A stretch of DNA of 62,301 nucleotides, filler included, from Nemertoderma westbladi (lineage: Eukaryota; Animalia; Xenacoelomorpha): NCBI GenBank assembly GCA_032718475.1. It is 3 parts of 3 records of this genome, joined end to end, with 100 filler letters (N's around TTAATTAATTAA, not from the genome) between each part and the next. Parts side by side here need not be neighbours in the genome. Positions count along the whole stretch, not along the records: positions 16,792 to 41,413 come from JAUCBJ010003974.1; positions 41,514 to 62,301 come from JAUCBJ010002630.1; 1 more part is not named here. One strand, given 5' to 3'. A program made the translations under genes and the position numbers. Numbering within the stretch: position 1 is the stretch's first letter; every line of letters starts with the position of its first letter. This document shows, piece by piece, positions 34,601-47,460 of the stretch. The notes below the pieces were generated by a model that worked only from the letters and a program-made list of their open reading frames with translations, was not told where the DNA came from and did not search any database.

Positions 34601-35489
34601 ACTGCTAACTTCTCGATGGAGGAAACCTAACAAGGTATATAACAGTATATTTATCTGTAAGAGTAATGTATCACATGCCCCTGGGATTGCTTTTATTAAT
34701 GCGTTAAAAATGATCCCTTTGAACAAAATATAACATGGCCTAGGCATAGGTCGGTATTTGAGACAGGAAATGGAACATTAAACCTGCTGTATCCAAGGAC
34801 AACTCTACTACAGGACTGGCAGAACTGAATTTCGATACTGTCGGATTTCGGATAACGTGAATTTTCAATCACGATTGAGCGCAGAAACTCCGGTGAATTA
34901 CTAACTAATTAATTACAGGACGTTACTATTTTTTAATCAATGTATATGTATAATATTGACATACTGGGTGTACTTGTTCCAATCAGCTAAGTTATATTAT
35001 AGATATACAGTATAGGGGAGACCATCAATTTCTCGCATATCTCTCCCCCCCCCCCCCCCCCCCCGCAATCCCCAACAATGTAAAAACAAATTGAAATTTT
35101 TTTCGTGCATGTAAAGCTATTACATTTTTATTCTAGCATGTAACGACATCATTTATATTCTAGAACACGTTTGAGTTGTTTTTAGATTGTTTTAGGTTGT
35201 TTTGCTCCATAGTGGCTTTAGCTTTAAGTAGAAACAATTCCCACGTAATTGATTCTAACAAATTTTAATTAATATTTTTAATCAACATTAAATAAACATT
35301 AAAATAAAACTCTAAATTTTTAAACTTTTAATTAATACTAAAATATTCTATAGTATTATAAATGACTTAAAAAATTCAATTTTTGCTTATACATAGTAAT
35401 GCCAGATTGACTCCCCTGTAGATAAATATTTTCATAATAGTCTCTCCAAAGTGTTGTTGTTGTTGACCAAGAAAACCCTCCATGCGATT

Positions 35490-36612
35490 TGGATTGAGCC
35501 AGGATTGAGAAAAACTCAGTTTCACCATCTGGTGAGAGTACCTGCGCTTCTGTGTCACAATATAACAATCCAATGCCAGCAACAATTACTTCTGGTATTC
35601 CATAAGCTCTTAGGATTTCAAGCATTTTGCCTCTATGGATGGGGTCGAATGCCTTCTTGAAGTCCACAAAGGTCATGACTGCGGGGAGATTCTTTGACTT
35701 AATTCCTTCAATCAGTCTCCGTACTGCAAGTATCTGAGCTATTGTTGATCTACTTGGTCGAAATCCGTTTTGGCTCTTACGCAGTAGTTTCTCTATGTGA
35801 GGCCTAATCCTACATAGAATCATTTTATTGTATATTTTGGCAGGTACCACAAGCAGACAGATCCCGCGATAGTTTGTTGGTATACCGAGGTCTCCTTTCT
35901 TGGGGAGAGGCTTTAGTTGACCTTTAGTCCAAATTGATGGTGGCTTTTCCCCTTGTAACATCCGGTTGCAAACATTCAATAATGGTCTGTTTAGCACTCC
36001 TGTTATCCATACCTCCGCTGGGATTTCATCTAATCCACTCGCTTTATTATTGGACATGCTTTTAATGCTTCTTTGGAATTCGGCAGGTGTGAAGTCCCCT
36101 GTTTCTATAGGTAGTGTCTTGTCATATATTTTCCTTGTAGGGCTGACCTCGATGTATGGTGGCTGCCCAAGCAAGTTGCTAAAGTGATTTTTCCACTTCC
36201 CAACACGTTCTTCAGGACTATTGGCTTTGAGGCGCCCCTTTGCACAACTTTTCCGACCAGATACCTCATTTACAGTTTGCCAGGTAAGTTTTGATTGTTG
36301 CTGTATGTGAGCAGTTGTAATTGCTTCAATTTTATCCTGTATGTACTCTTCCTGGCTGATGTTGTAGGCCAATTTAAGATCGTCCTTAGCTTTCTCAACC
36401 TTGTTAATGTTTTCTGTTGTTGGTTGTTCGGTTTTAACTTTGTAGGCTATCTTAAGATCTTCTCTCTTACAAGTAACCTCAGAGTTTTGCCATGGCACAT
36501 ACTGTTTTCGTTTGGGTTTCTGGGGGATATGCCTCTTAGCTGATTCCTTGTGGGCTGTTATTATATTCTGGTATATTGAATCGGTGGACTGGTCTTCATC
36601 CAATTCAAGCAA
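35490..36612 (-). mobile_element. RTE-type LINE ORF2 fragment (RT N-terminal part)
   Basis: KASGLDEIPAE, PLPKKGDL..NYRGICL, QNGFRPSRST, FVDFKKAFD; truncated before the YADD-type motif. Confidence 0.9.
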
Positions 36613-37045
36613 TAAACGAGAGTCACGAACTCAGGTTACATTTTCATATTTGCTGTTGTCGGCAGTGGTTGTCGGCTGTCGGTTGTCGGCATAGCGTTTA
36701 CACCCGTTTTTAGACAATTTGTTCTGATTTTTATATTACTAATACACCAAATACAGCAATGCTATGTTCGACATAGCATGGTCTATAATGCTATATGATA
36801 CAAAGCTGTTGCTATGTTCCAGCCTAAATAACTGAACATAACAGAACCAGTCTTCCTAATTACAGCTATTTTGAATGTCCAAAATTTATATTATTTTAAT
36901 TTTGATATTATGATATGCTATATATAGCATTATTTATGATGCTATACTGTCAAAATAATGCTATGCTTATCTAAAATACCATAATTAGGACTAAATACAT
37001 TATGACTAACTTTTTAACTGCAATTATTGGGGCCTTGTGTTGATT

Positions 37046-37310
37046 AATAATAATAATAATAATAATATTGGTTATTTATATAGCGCTTTATTATGCTCGG
37101 CATACTCAAAGCGCTTTTATTATCATTACCCCAGCAAAGCCAGGTTCCCATTATACCGCTGGGTTGACGTAGGCACTAATGTCTAAAGTGTCTTGCCTAG
37201 GGACACAACAGTGCGAAATTTCTATAGCGTTTAGTCGGATTCGAACCTGCGCCACCAAACACTATTGTGTAAGCAGTTCAGGCGCCATATCCACTCGGAC
37301 ACTGCGACAC
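37046..37310 (-). mobile_element. tRNA-derived SINE with CORE-like centre and L2-like tail
   Basis: Minus strand: B box GGTTCGAATCC, GTGTCCCTAGGCAAGACACTT, tail AAGCGCTTTGAG..AAGCGCTATATAAAT, then (ATT)n. Confidence 0.75.
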
Positions 37311-38286
37311 ATGATTGACTGGTAGACTGGCCAATATGCTACATTGTGCTATGTATAGCATAATCGATCATGATATACTGCAAATATATTGTTATTACTC
37401 ATATTAGGCTCAACTGAGCTGCTGAGATTTGGGGGTATATTATGAATAATATGGCTCGAATAGACAGACAACTGGGATTAATTTAAACTGAATAATGGTA
37501 TGTGTCAAAATTGACACACACGGCCTTTCTAGGGGTAGTCATTGTCTGGCCTTTCTAGTGTTAAATGTACGTGAAATCTAAACTTTGGTGTATTATGCGA
37601 ATCTCGTATTTTTCAATATTTTAAGTCCCACACCCTCATTTTGGTGCTCCAAAAATGGCGAACCACTAAGTTTTCAGGCTTCTATATTAATTTCAATCTA
37701 ACCAGAAAACCTATAAAAATGCGTTGAAAGCAAAACTTGAGGGCATTTTCCGAATATAGTATTTTTCAAAATCACGTCCACTTCTTAGGTGCACGAAAAA
37801 TAGCACCTTGTTCAATTTTCGGAAATGGAATATAATCACATTCGATTCAGCGTAGTGAATAACCTACTAACGCCAGCCAATAATGACAATTAGTTTTTAG
37901 AATATAAAAAAATTGTATATTTTGTCCTGGGACTACTTCTAGTTTTCATGAAAATTATTATACCCACGTTATGAAATCTTAATTTTTTTGGATTTAAAAA
38001 TATTCCTAGATAATTTTTTCACCTAAAGCCCAAATTTCGTAGGATTTCATTGGATGATTACAAGAATACAGCTGGGGGCCGTGTAGAATGCCAACGCAGT
38101 CAGGGCCTAAATATAGATACTAAAAGTACACAAACTGCTGCTGGCGAGATCGTTGCCTGATGTCTTATACTAAACTTGGGCGAATCAATTTTCCGGGCTA
38201 ACTCGACAATCAGGGTGACTGGTCCCTAACCAGTGAGGCAGAAATACAGTCTACAGAAAACATACCAAACTCGCGACAAACAATCC

Positions 38287-38870
38287 TGTGACGGGATCGG
38301 AGGATCCCGACCAGTTTGGTTTATGTACGCGTCAGCCACACCGTGTGATGGAAAAGATAAGAGTTTGTGTTGTTCCATTGTTGTTGATAATAAGATATAT
38401 GTAGATATAATAGCAGATAGTAGATAACACGGTTGACCGGTATGATGGTATAGTAACTAATTGGTGACGGCGGTGACGGTCTTAAAATGTCACCGTACTG
38501 CCATGACTGAGTGACTGAGTAAACTGAACTGAACTAAACTAAACACCAACTGGTAATATACTGCACTAGGTTGGCCGTATTACTCAGCTGATGCCCTGCT
38601 GTCCCCCCATTGGCTGACAACCTACTTCTCGCCTTCAGCTCTGCGGGGGTGTTTCCCCCCCCCCCCCCCCCCCCGCTGCTGTTACTTTCCTTCTCCCCGG
38701 AGGCTTAACCTCTGACCTCCATTGTGTGAGGCCATCTGGGGTTTGTCGTCCCCGTTTATTGGGGGTGATACGAGGTTGGTTGGTAATCAACCTCGTACTC
38801 CCCAATATTGCTTAAAGGCGCTCTTTCCCACTTTATGGGGGTTGGTGAGGCGGAATTGAATCCGCTCACA
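38287..38870 (-). mobile_element. Solo LTR of the same BEL-like family
   Basis: Minus-strand ends TGTGAGCGGATTCAATTCCGCC and GATCCCGTCACA; 5-bp TSD AATCC on both sides. Confidence 0.9.
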
Positions 38871-39673
38871 AATCCCGCGCAGCGAATCCTAATCTTAAAG
38901 ACACGTGTGTGTGTGCGTATGTTATGGCAAAGAGCAATTTTGTATGCTTTATTTTACTAGGTGTTGGTGAATTTTAACAAAATATCGGGCGCTAGCTGCT
39001 AGAATAAGCTAGTCGCTTTCTAAAACGCGAAAATACTTACAAATGACGTTAAAAGGGTCTCTCTCCTTCTATATTCACAACTCGATCGGGCAAATACGGT
39101 GTTAGTAACTACGCCCGTAATCGGCACCTAATACCAGACTCTGATTGTGAAAATATAGATAGAATGTTAGTTTTACTACCGTGCCACTAGCTGGTACAGT
39201 ATAATAAATTTAGTTCTAGATAGTTTGTTTCTGCGATGTTATGCAGCAATACCTGGCAGTATGTGGCAAGGGCGCCGTAGGTTGTTAGTAACCGCCTTCA
39301 GACTAGATGGTACGCCTGTAGTAAGAAAGCTACCCTTTGCCTGAGTAATAATACGTCAAACCCAGACAGATCAGTTGAGCAACTATCTACAGAGCTAACC
39401 GGTACTGATAGCTAGTACAGTAAAGTCATCAAATTACAGAATGGGCTATTTTGCACTTAGTGTACCTGAGCGCACTACTAGCACCAGCTCACACCTGTAA
39501 AAGCATGCAGGACCAAACCGTGGGGGTAATCTGTCTGGATCCAAGATATTTTGGTCCTAAAATTTTTTATGGGCGTCCCCAGGGACGTCCCTCAAAATTT
39601 CACCCGGATCTACGGTCTTTACAGTGGGCAAAAGCGTCAAACGAAGTCTTACCTTGGCGGGGGTAGTCCTTAA

Positions 39674-39706
<33 letters not shown>

Positions 39707-40015
39707 ACACCATTTTTCGGGACAACTCCTCGATTTTATCACTCTCAGCGTTTTCAAAAATTTTTTTTGGTTTTTGGCTTAAAATTTGGAATATAGGTGC
39801 CTAAGATTGCTATTTCTACATGGACAGGTCAGAAAATTCTTTTTTTGTTCGCTAATTAATATTAGTTTAATACTAGTTAACAATAAAAAAAAAAACTTGG
39901 TTGCGCTTTAAAAACCCGAAGGCTTTTTACAGTTTTTGAATCTAATCACATTAAAGTTTTTTTTTTATATGATATATCAATGATGGGGCAAACATAAACT
40001 ATCAGGCGAAAATTT
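39674..40015 (-). mobile_element. Truncated inverted copy of the Kolobok-like MITE at 1248-1958
   Basis: TTAA, poly-G, TACACCATTTTTCGGACAACTC.. is the reverse complement of about 1670-1958. Confidence 0.8.
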
Positions 40016-41799
40016 TTTTTTGTTTTGTTCTGTAATGGTGTCTACAATTAGGGGTCAACCGAATCGGACATTTTTGCCGAAGCAGAATGTAAAAAAATAC
40101 ACAATTTGCTTTTCAGTTTGGCTGTTAGCACATTCACCATTTTTCAAGCACCGCCGAAAAAAATACAAGTTTTCAGAAACTCTTCAGCAATTTTTACTAA
40201 TTTCCATTGTATTTAGAAACCCTCACAAAACTCGTATAAACGCAAAGTAAACAAGGCGATTACAATCAATTGATATAATTGCTGGGTTTTCAAAAATTTG
40301 GTGCTAGCACCAAAATTGTGTACCCACTTTAGAAAAAATACAATTTTGAGATGGCTAATTATATAATTATTTATTCCATTGAATTCAGAAACCCCCATAA
40401 AACCTCTAAAATGCGAGTAATAAGTTGTCCACAATCAATTGAAACTATTGAATGGATTAAAAATTTTGTTCTAGCTCCTAATTTTTGCAACACAGCACCA
40501 AAAACAATACAAGAGTGATATGCCTGGTGCAAAATCGTATATATTCAATCGAAAACTAGAACTCCAAAAACACCCCTCCCTTAAAAAAAAAACAGGTTCA
40601 AAACAATCAATTTCCAAAATTGGACATATTTCCAAATTCAGTGATGGCACAAAAATTTTTGCACCCTCTGAAAAAAAGCCAGTTTGAAATTTCTAGCTTA
40701 TTTTTATATGAATTTTCATCTAAATGTGAACACCAAAAAAAACCGGCGGTAAACTCAATAATATAGATATTCCAAATCGAATTTCATGAAATGTAATCAG
40801 TACTGCAGTTACTACTGCTGCAGTGCTGTATATGAAGTTCTTGCTCGAGGACCTATTCCTACTCTCGGTCAAGTCGAGGGGTGTTTATGGGACGGGATCC
40901 TGGTGAAGACTCGGAATCTGAAAGGATGTGATGGGGCTTAGTTGCTAAGGTAAGGGTTTATCTCAAAAGAGATGAGCATTATTTGGTTTTGGAAGGCGAG
41001 AATACAACTTCGTTTTTCGTGAGATGAGGGGACAGTCCAGAGAACACTGGTACTAATGTTGTTACTCGACTACAAAACTGTGTGCTGTGCTATGCAATGG
41101 TGTTGGTTTTTCGCCTGATACTCGGCCCCGTTGGGCGTAGAGGACACAGAGAGGACACGTTAATCTCACAATATTCCCTTCAACATTCAAAACTTTATTA
41201 GGTGGAAACATTGACAGTGGTCAATGTTCATGATATTATCAGGTACTTGGTACAAACTGCTTCCATATGGGTACCAGATTTATGTGGTACCCTACTTATG
41301 CGAAGCCCTCTAAGGCAGGCCCATAGAGGCAGTATAAAATTAACTGGTAAACAATTATTTAGTACAAGTACATTCAGTCCAATTGATTTAGTTTGCTGAA
41401 GGGTGTTTATTTTNNNNNNNNNNNNNNNNNNNNNNNNNNNNNNNNNNNNNNNNNNNNTTAATTAATTAANNNNNNNNNNNNNNNNNNNNNNNNNNNNNNN
41501 NNNNNNNNNNNNNCTACTTATATCCACTCATACCGGTATCCATCGAATTCTGTACTAAGTACGATATTTTGCTATTATTATCACTGTATTAATTTTCAGC
41601 TATTGTATCAAGAAACAACAATGAACTCTCATCTCTATTATTTCAACAACGGCCTAGGCCTAGCTACTAGACAAACGGTGATGCATAGTTTATTGATCCG
41701 GTCAGGATCCCTTGATCCTGTCACAGTGAGAAATTCCCATCTAAACACTAAACTGTGACTGCCAGACGCAAGTAAAGATGAGTGATCAGGAGCCCCGAT

Positions 41800-44700
41800 T
41801 ATCAGAGGGAGAGAGGACACCGCCGCGGACCCCGGATGATACCAACCAAACGATCCGTCAGTCCGTGAGGCCGCAACGCGACGGTATCGGCCAGCGACGC
41901 CGGATTCGCCGATGAGGGACGATCCGGTTGCCCAAGCTGAGGGTGGCCGTCTACCACGAGGAAGGGACGAGTCGACGCACGATGGCGGTCGGAGTACTGA
42001 AGTAGCCAGCCAGCCACAGGCCGAGGGCGACGAATGGCCCACCGGAATGGCGACGGTGGGGACGCCGGTACGACGCCGAACCAGGAGAGGAGGAGGAAAT
42101 GTCGGCGAAGAGGACGTCGGGACCAGTGATCGGCTTCGACGGGCCTACAACACCACTAAGAAACTGTTGAAGGAGGCCAAAGAGGGGGGGGGGGGGAAGG
42201 TAAATCAGGGAAAGTTGAGCCAGCGGCTAGGTGAGTCGAATAAACACTTTCGGTATCTAGTTCGTTTCGGGCAGGGAGAACTGGTGAGTGAGAGAGCGAG
42301 GGGGGTCACCACCGAACTATTCGAACTGTGGCAATCCGGGGTTAAGGAGCCTGAAGTAGTGTACGTAGGGCCGTATTTAGTGGATGCCAGGGGAATTAAA
42401 TTAGTGGGTTGGGCAGATCAACACGAGGGCGAACCCGAGGTTAACCCCGAGGATTTGGTCTCGTCGGTTAGCGAGAACCCCAGAAAGCGGGGGAAAGTTA
42501 GTAGGACAGGGAGGCGACGGGAGTCTGTCGCGACCGATAAGTCCGCTACATCCTTCGCGAAAGCAAAAGGATGTACAATTTGGTGTGTCAATTAGACATG
42601 GTGGCCCTAGACCAGAAAGAATTAGAGAGGCAGTTGGATGAGGGAACTGCGTTGTTAGAGAAAGAGAGAGAGTTAGCCAGGGAATGTAGAGAGAGGGCCG
42701 AAAGGGTGGCGAAGAACTGTAGAGAGCAAGAAGAGAGAGAGGCAGAGGAACGTAAGGAGCGAGAGACGAGAGTAGAGAACGAGCGTAAAGAGCGAGAGAC
42801 GAGAGTAGAGAATGAGCGTAAAGAGCGAGAAGTGAGAGAGGCAATGAGGATAGAGAGAGAAATGAACGAACATAAAGAGCGGGAGGCGAGAGTAGAGAGC
42901 AAGCGTAGCGAGCGGGTGGCGAGAGAAACAGAGTTAGCGAACCACAGTTTATGAGAGGATAGAGAGAGAGAGAGAGAGCGGGAAAGCGTATGCGGGATGA
43001 TATGCATGCCCGGCTAAGGGGGCTTCTGCAATATCAGGCCAAGCAGAAGCGCCGACTAGAACTGGCGCAGTTGGGATTATCTGAGAGTGAGGCTGGCTCG
43101 GGAAGTATTTACAAGGAGCCAGGAGTTGTGGAAACGTTTGTCAATACCCCACTTACAGGGACCGGATGACAGAACCAATACTGGTGTAGCCGTACGGGCG
43201 GGGGGGGGGGGGGGCGGTAATAATAATACGTTAGAAGAAATTAGTATTAATAGTACCGTAGTGGACAACCCTAACCAAACCTTTATTCCAGGAAATAACC
43301 TTTTACCCGGTAATAATAATTTAAATTTAAATACAAACAATTCAAATAATAATTCTAATTCAAATATTCAAAATAATCCGAATAATATTAATTTAAATAT
43401 ACAGAATAATAATAATTCTAATTTAAATAATTTAAATAATAATATTGATAACGGGGCTATTAATACTAATGTAGGAGACACAGGTGGTCCGGCCAACGGG
43501 AGCCTGCAAGGCCACGTAGTTAGTATGCAGGGAGTAGCGGGGGTGAGAGACCCCGACGGGAGCCTGCAAGGCTATGTAGTTAGGCAGGGAGAGGCGGGGG
43601 TGAGTAGACCCAGCCGCGTAGAGACAGTGCGTCGACTAGAGAGGGGTGTAGAAGCGAAGTAAGAGGTAGTGAAGCAAGAAGTGGCGAGTGGGGGGGGGGG
43701 GGCTACGGGCGCCCCACCACAGGAGATTAGTGGCGAGAGGGGGGGGGGGGGCAGAGAATGTCCCACAAGAGGGTCGTAGAAGTGAAGTAAGAGGTAGTGA
43801 AGTAAGAAGTGGGGGGGGGGCTACGGGCGCCCCACCACGGGAGATTAGTGGCGAGAAGGGCGGGGGGCAGATAATGTCCCACAAGAGGGACGTAGGAGTG
43901 AAGTAAGAGGTAGTGAAGTAAGAAGTGGCGGGTGGGGGGGGGGGGGCTACGGGCGCCCCACCACGAGAGATTAGTGGCGAGAGGGGGGGGCAGAGAATGT
44001 CCCACGAGCGTCGGCGGATAATGTGCGGGGCGAGTTAAGTGAACCGCGGCACCCGATGACAGAGAATAGTAGGGGGATGATGAGTATCCCCTAAGGAGGG
44101 TCCAGCCGGGCAGAGAGAGAGAGATGTTGACGCCGAGAGCGGGCGAGTGAGAAGACGTCAGTCGGAAGAGAGAAGAAGAACAGTGGAGTTTAACCGGGAG
44201 GTCGACGAGAGATCTCATGAGCGGGGATGCTACACTGAAGAGAGAAGGAGAGAAGAGAATAGAAGAAGTGTCGCTACGAGCGACCGGAGAGCGAGGACGG
44301 ATAGCGAGCCGTCAGTAGTAGAGATGGAGTTAGGGAGTCAGTGGGGTCAAACTCCGGGAGATTGCCGTCGCCCTTGAGAGACGCACCGCACACTAGGAGA
44401 AGGGTACAGAATGTACCGATATGAGGAAGAGAACAGGAGAGGAAGAGAAACTTCCCGATGGGATATAGCTGCCGATCGAGAGTACGGAAGTTGTGGGGAG
44501 GACTTCTTGGATTATTCGAGAAGGTTAAACTTCGGTCCGGAAGGGGACATGCAGACTGCAGGACATACTGTAGGCCTTACTGCACATACTATATGCCATG
44601 CTGGGAGAGATAGTGTAGGCGATATGGTAGCGCGAACAATGGGATTAGATCCGGAAGTGCGGAGTACATACCGGTAGGTAGGCAAGAAGAGGATAGGCCT

Positions 44701-46616
44701 ATATCGGTACTAGCACAGCAGCATGACTATAATATGCAGGGACATAACATATATCCAGGGGAGGGGAGAGTTATTGCAGATAGGTGTATGGGCCCCAATA
44801 TATTATCATCAACCCCAGTACCAAACATAATACCGGTAGGGGGGGGACAGGGTGACATTCCCCCATTACAATATCAACAATACACTCAAACAGGAATAAG
44901 AACATCGAACCCCCTGGATGAGAACAGGTTGCGCGACACGGAGATATGGAGGGGGCCGTTAACCCCAATGATATATCCGAGACAGAGAAAGTCAACATGC
45001 CTCACGGGCGGACCGCACCCAACAGGAGAAGCTGTACAGCATCCCTCGAACCCATTGGAAGCACAGGCAATGGGAATGGCAACACTTATCGATGCACTGA
45101 AGACCAGAATCAAATTACCACCAGTAGAACCATTTAAATTCGACGGAAGCAGACCGGAAGAATACCTGCAATTCCGACGCATGTACAGCAACGAAATATT
45201 AAGTAAGAACCTGACGCAGGCGGAGTGCCTAAAATATCTACAGGTATACACTGGAGGCCCAGCGTACGACATCGTGAGGCAGTATCAGGGCATCGAGGGT
45301 GGCTTCACGACTGCATGGCGGGCCCTAGACAGGGAATACGGACACCCAGCCAAGATCATCCGGCAGACCTTAAGGGGAATAACATCGGGTGGCCTACAGG
45401 ATAACCCTGTTAGTATAAAGACCTTTGCGAATAAGGTTGAGAAGGCGTTAATCGTGCTGAAGCCGCTAGACGCGCCATACGAACTCAACGCATCTAATAA
45501 CATCACCACGATAGCGCAGGCACTGCCGATCTGGCTACGGAGCAAGTGGAGGAAGATCACCGTCTCCACTCGGGAGAAGAAAGGTGCGGAACCGGGCCTA
45601 GAGGAAATGTCAAACTTCCTCAACTACGAAGCAGAGTTGATTACAGACCCAGTCTATAGTGAGGATAGTTTGGGGAAGGCACTGAAGACCAAATACAATA
45701 GGCATAAACCCGAACATAATCCGGCAGATCCATTCCCGAGAGTAAGACAGTCGCTACCACATGCGGCCACACAGGGGGCTACAAGCCCACAGATAGCTGG
45801 GAGTAGGGCCATACCGTGGCAGGGACAGAAAGAAAATAACACCACGAACAAACAAAATCCCAACACACCCAGTAGGCCGAGTCCAAACAACCAAAACACT
45901 AAATCGGTAGATATAAACATATGCGCGATACGTGAAGGACTATACAGGGAACGCTACAATCCAGGATTCGAATGTCAATTGCATAGGGATGGAACCCATA
46001 AGACCATGAGTTGTAAGCATTGGCAAGCGTTGCCTAAACAAGATGTGTAGCCTACGCGGACGCAAACGGACTATGTCATCGATGCGTGGTAGAAGGACAC
46101 AAATCCGGAGAGTGTAGAGATTCACCAATAGGAGACAACGAGACTGGAGGCCAAACAATGGCTACGTGCACGACAGGAGCAAGGAGAAAGAGGAAAGTAC
46201 TACTCGGGGTAGTGCCAGTGAAGATAACAGGAAGGGGCGGCCGATCAGTCACAACATTAATGCTGGTCGACAGCGGAGCAGGCTTCACGCTGGTGGAGAA
46301 TTGGGTGGCTGAGGAGATAGGGTTACAAACGAGGCTGAGTAAGGTGGCGGTAACTACTATCTCGAGTAAGGATGAGGTCCTGGAGATGAGGACGGGATGG
46401 TGCGAGATATCAGCAATAGCACCGGGATGTGACTATGGGGCAACCATAGACCCCATTCAGATCATAGAATCGATCAATATAAATGCCAGGAGACCAAATA
46501 ACATCGAGGTCGAGCAGTACCGGTTCCTGGACGATATCGATCTCTCAATACCGGAGGTGGACATCTCGAAGGTATCCATCATAGTGGGTATGGACTGCCC
46601 GACGGCCCACGAATGA
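41800..46616 (+). pseudogene. Frameshifted gag (capsid-like region, Zn knuckles) and aspartic protease
   Basis: KLPPVEPFKFDGSRPEEYLQF..YLQVYTGGPA..ALDREYG (BEL gag type) at 44734-46050. Protease LVDSGAGFTLV..IIVGMD at 46086-46616. Several stops and frameshifts upstream. Confidence 0.85.
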
Positions 46617-46722
46617 GTACAGACGATTTTCGGGGAAGACAGACAACAGAATCCGATGGCGATTCTCACACCGTTCGGATGGACGCTTAGCGGCCCATAT
46701 TAAAACCAAGGTTCCACTAAGG

Positions 46723-47460
46723 GTGTCGGAGACATCAGGGTGCATGCTATCAGGCACCGTTGGGGACGTAGAGGAGAAACCAGAGACGGGCGATGGGGAA
46801 GTCCCATGTGAAAAGCGGCCCGGGGGAAGATACCAGGAGATGGGTATAGATCTGGAACCACGCATAGTGGAGCGTGTTGAAAAGATAGAGGATAGTTCCA
46901 AAAAAATACCGTCGGTAGATAAGCTAAGAGGGGAAGTAACAGCAAGAGAGTGGGCGGAGGAGATTAGATTCGACGCGGAAGACTTAGAGACGATGGGGTG
47001 GAACAAGGATGTTCCCAGCAACTATCGGTATGGGGATGGAGAAGAGTGGACGGCGAGATGTCCGGAGGAGTGTCCGGAGGAGTGTCCAGAGGAGTGTCTG
47101 GAGGAGTGTCCGGAGGAGACGCCAGTCCGGTTGAGAGGCATACCGAAAAGGGGGAGGCCAAACAAGAAGACAGGGTGGAAAGGGATAGGATTACTATTGT
47201 CCATTCTGTTTTGTCTGTTCTTTCGGTTTCTTTTCATTCTACCGCCAGGAGATGACAAGATGAAGGGTGGCATTTTGCTGCTAGGGGACCATGAGGAAGT
47301 CAAGAAGGCGGCGGGAAGACCCGATCTTAGGGTGGCGGAAGAGGGAGAACCAATTCCTAGTGAGTTGGAATTGGCAAAGAGAGTGTGGCGAAGAATAAGA
47401 GGACATATATGGGGGCAGTGGGAGAGTGCCTACTGGAAGAAGGGGCACCTTAGAGTTTAG
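46723..47460 (+). CDS. Unknown 245-aa ORF in place of pol, with CPEE repeats and a hydrophobic segment
   Basis: (CPEE)x5-like run, GIGLLLSILFCLFFRFLFILPP, and a C-terminus shared with the end of the 1282-aa ORF. Confidence 0.4.
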   Translation: MSETSGCMLSGTVGDVEEKPETGDGEVPCEKRPGGRYQEMGIDLEPRIVERVEKIEDSSKKIPSVDKLRGEVTAREWAEEIRFDAEDLETMGWNKDVPSNYRYGDGEEWTARCPEECPEECPEECLEECPEETPVRLRGIPKRGRPNKKTGWKGIGLLLSILFCLFFRFLFILPPGDDKMKGGILLLGDHEEVKKAAGRPDLRVAEEGEPIPSELELAKRVWRRIRGHIWGQWESAYWKKGHLRV

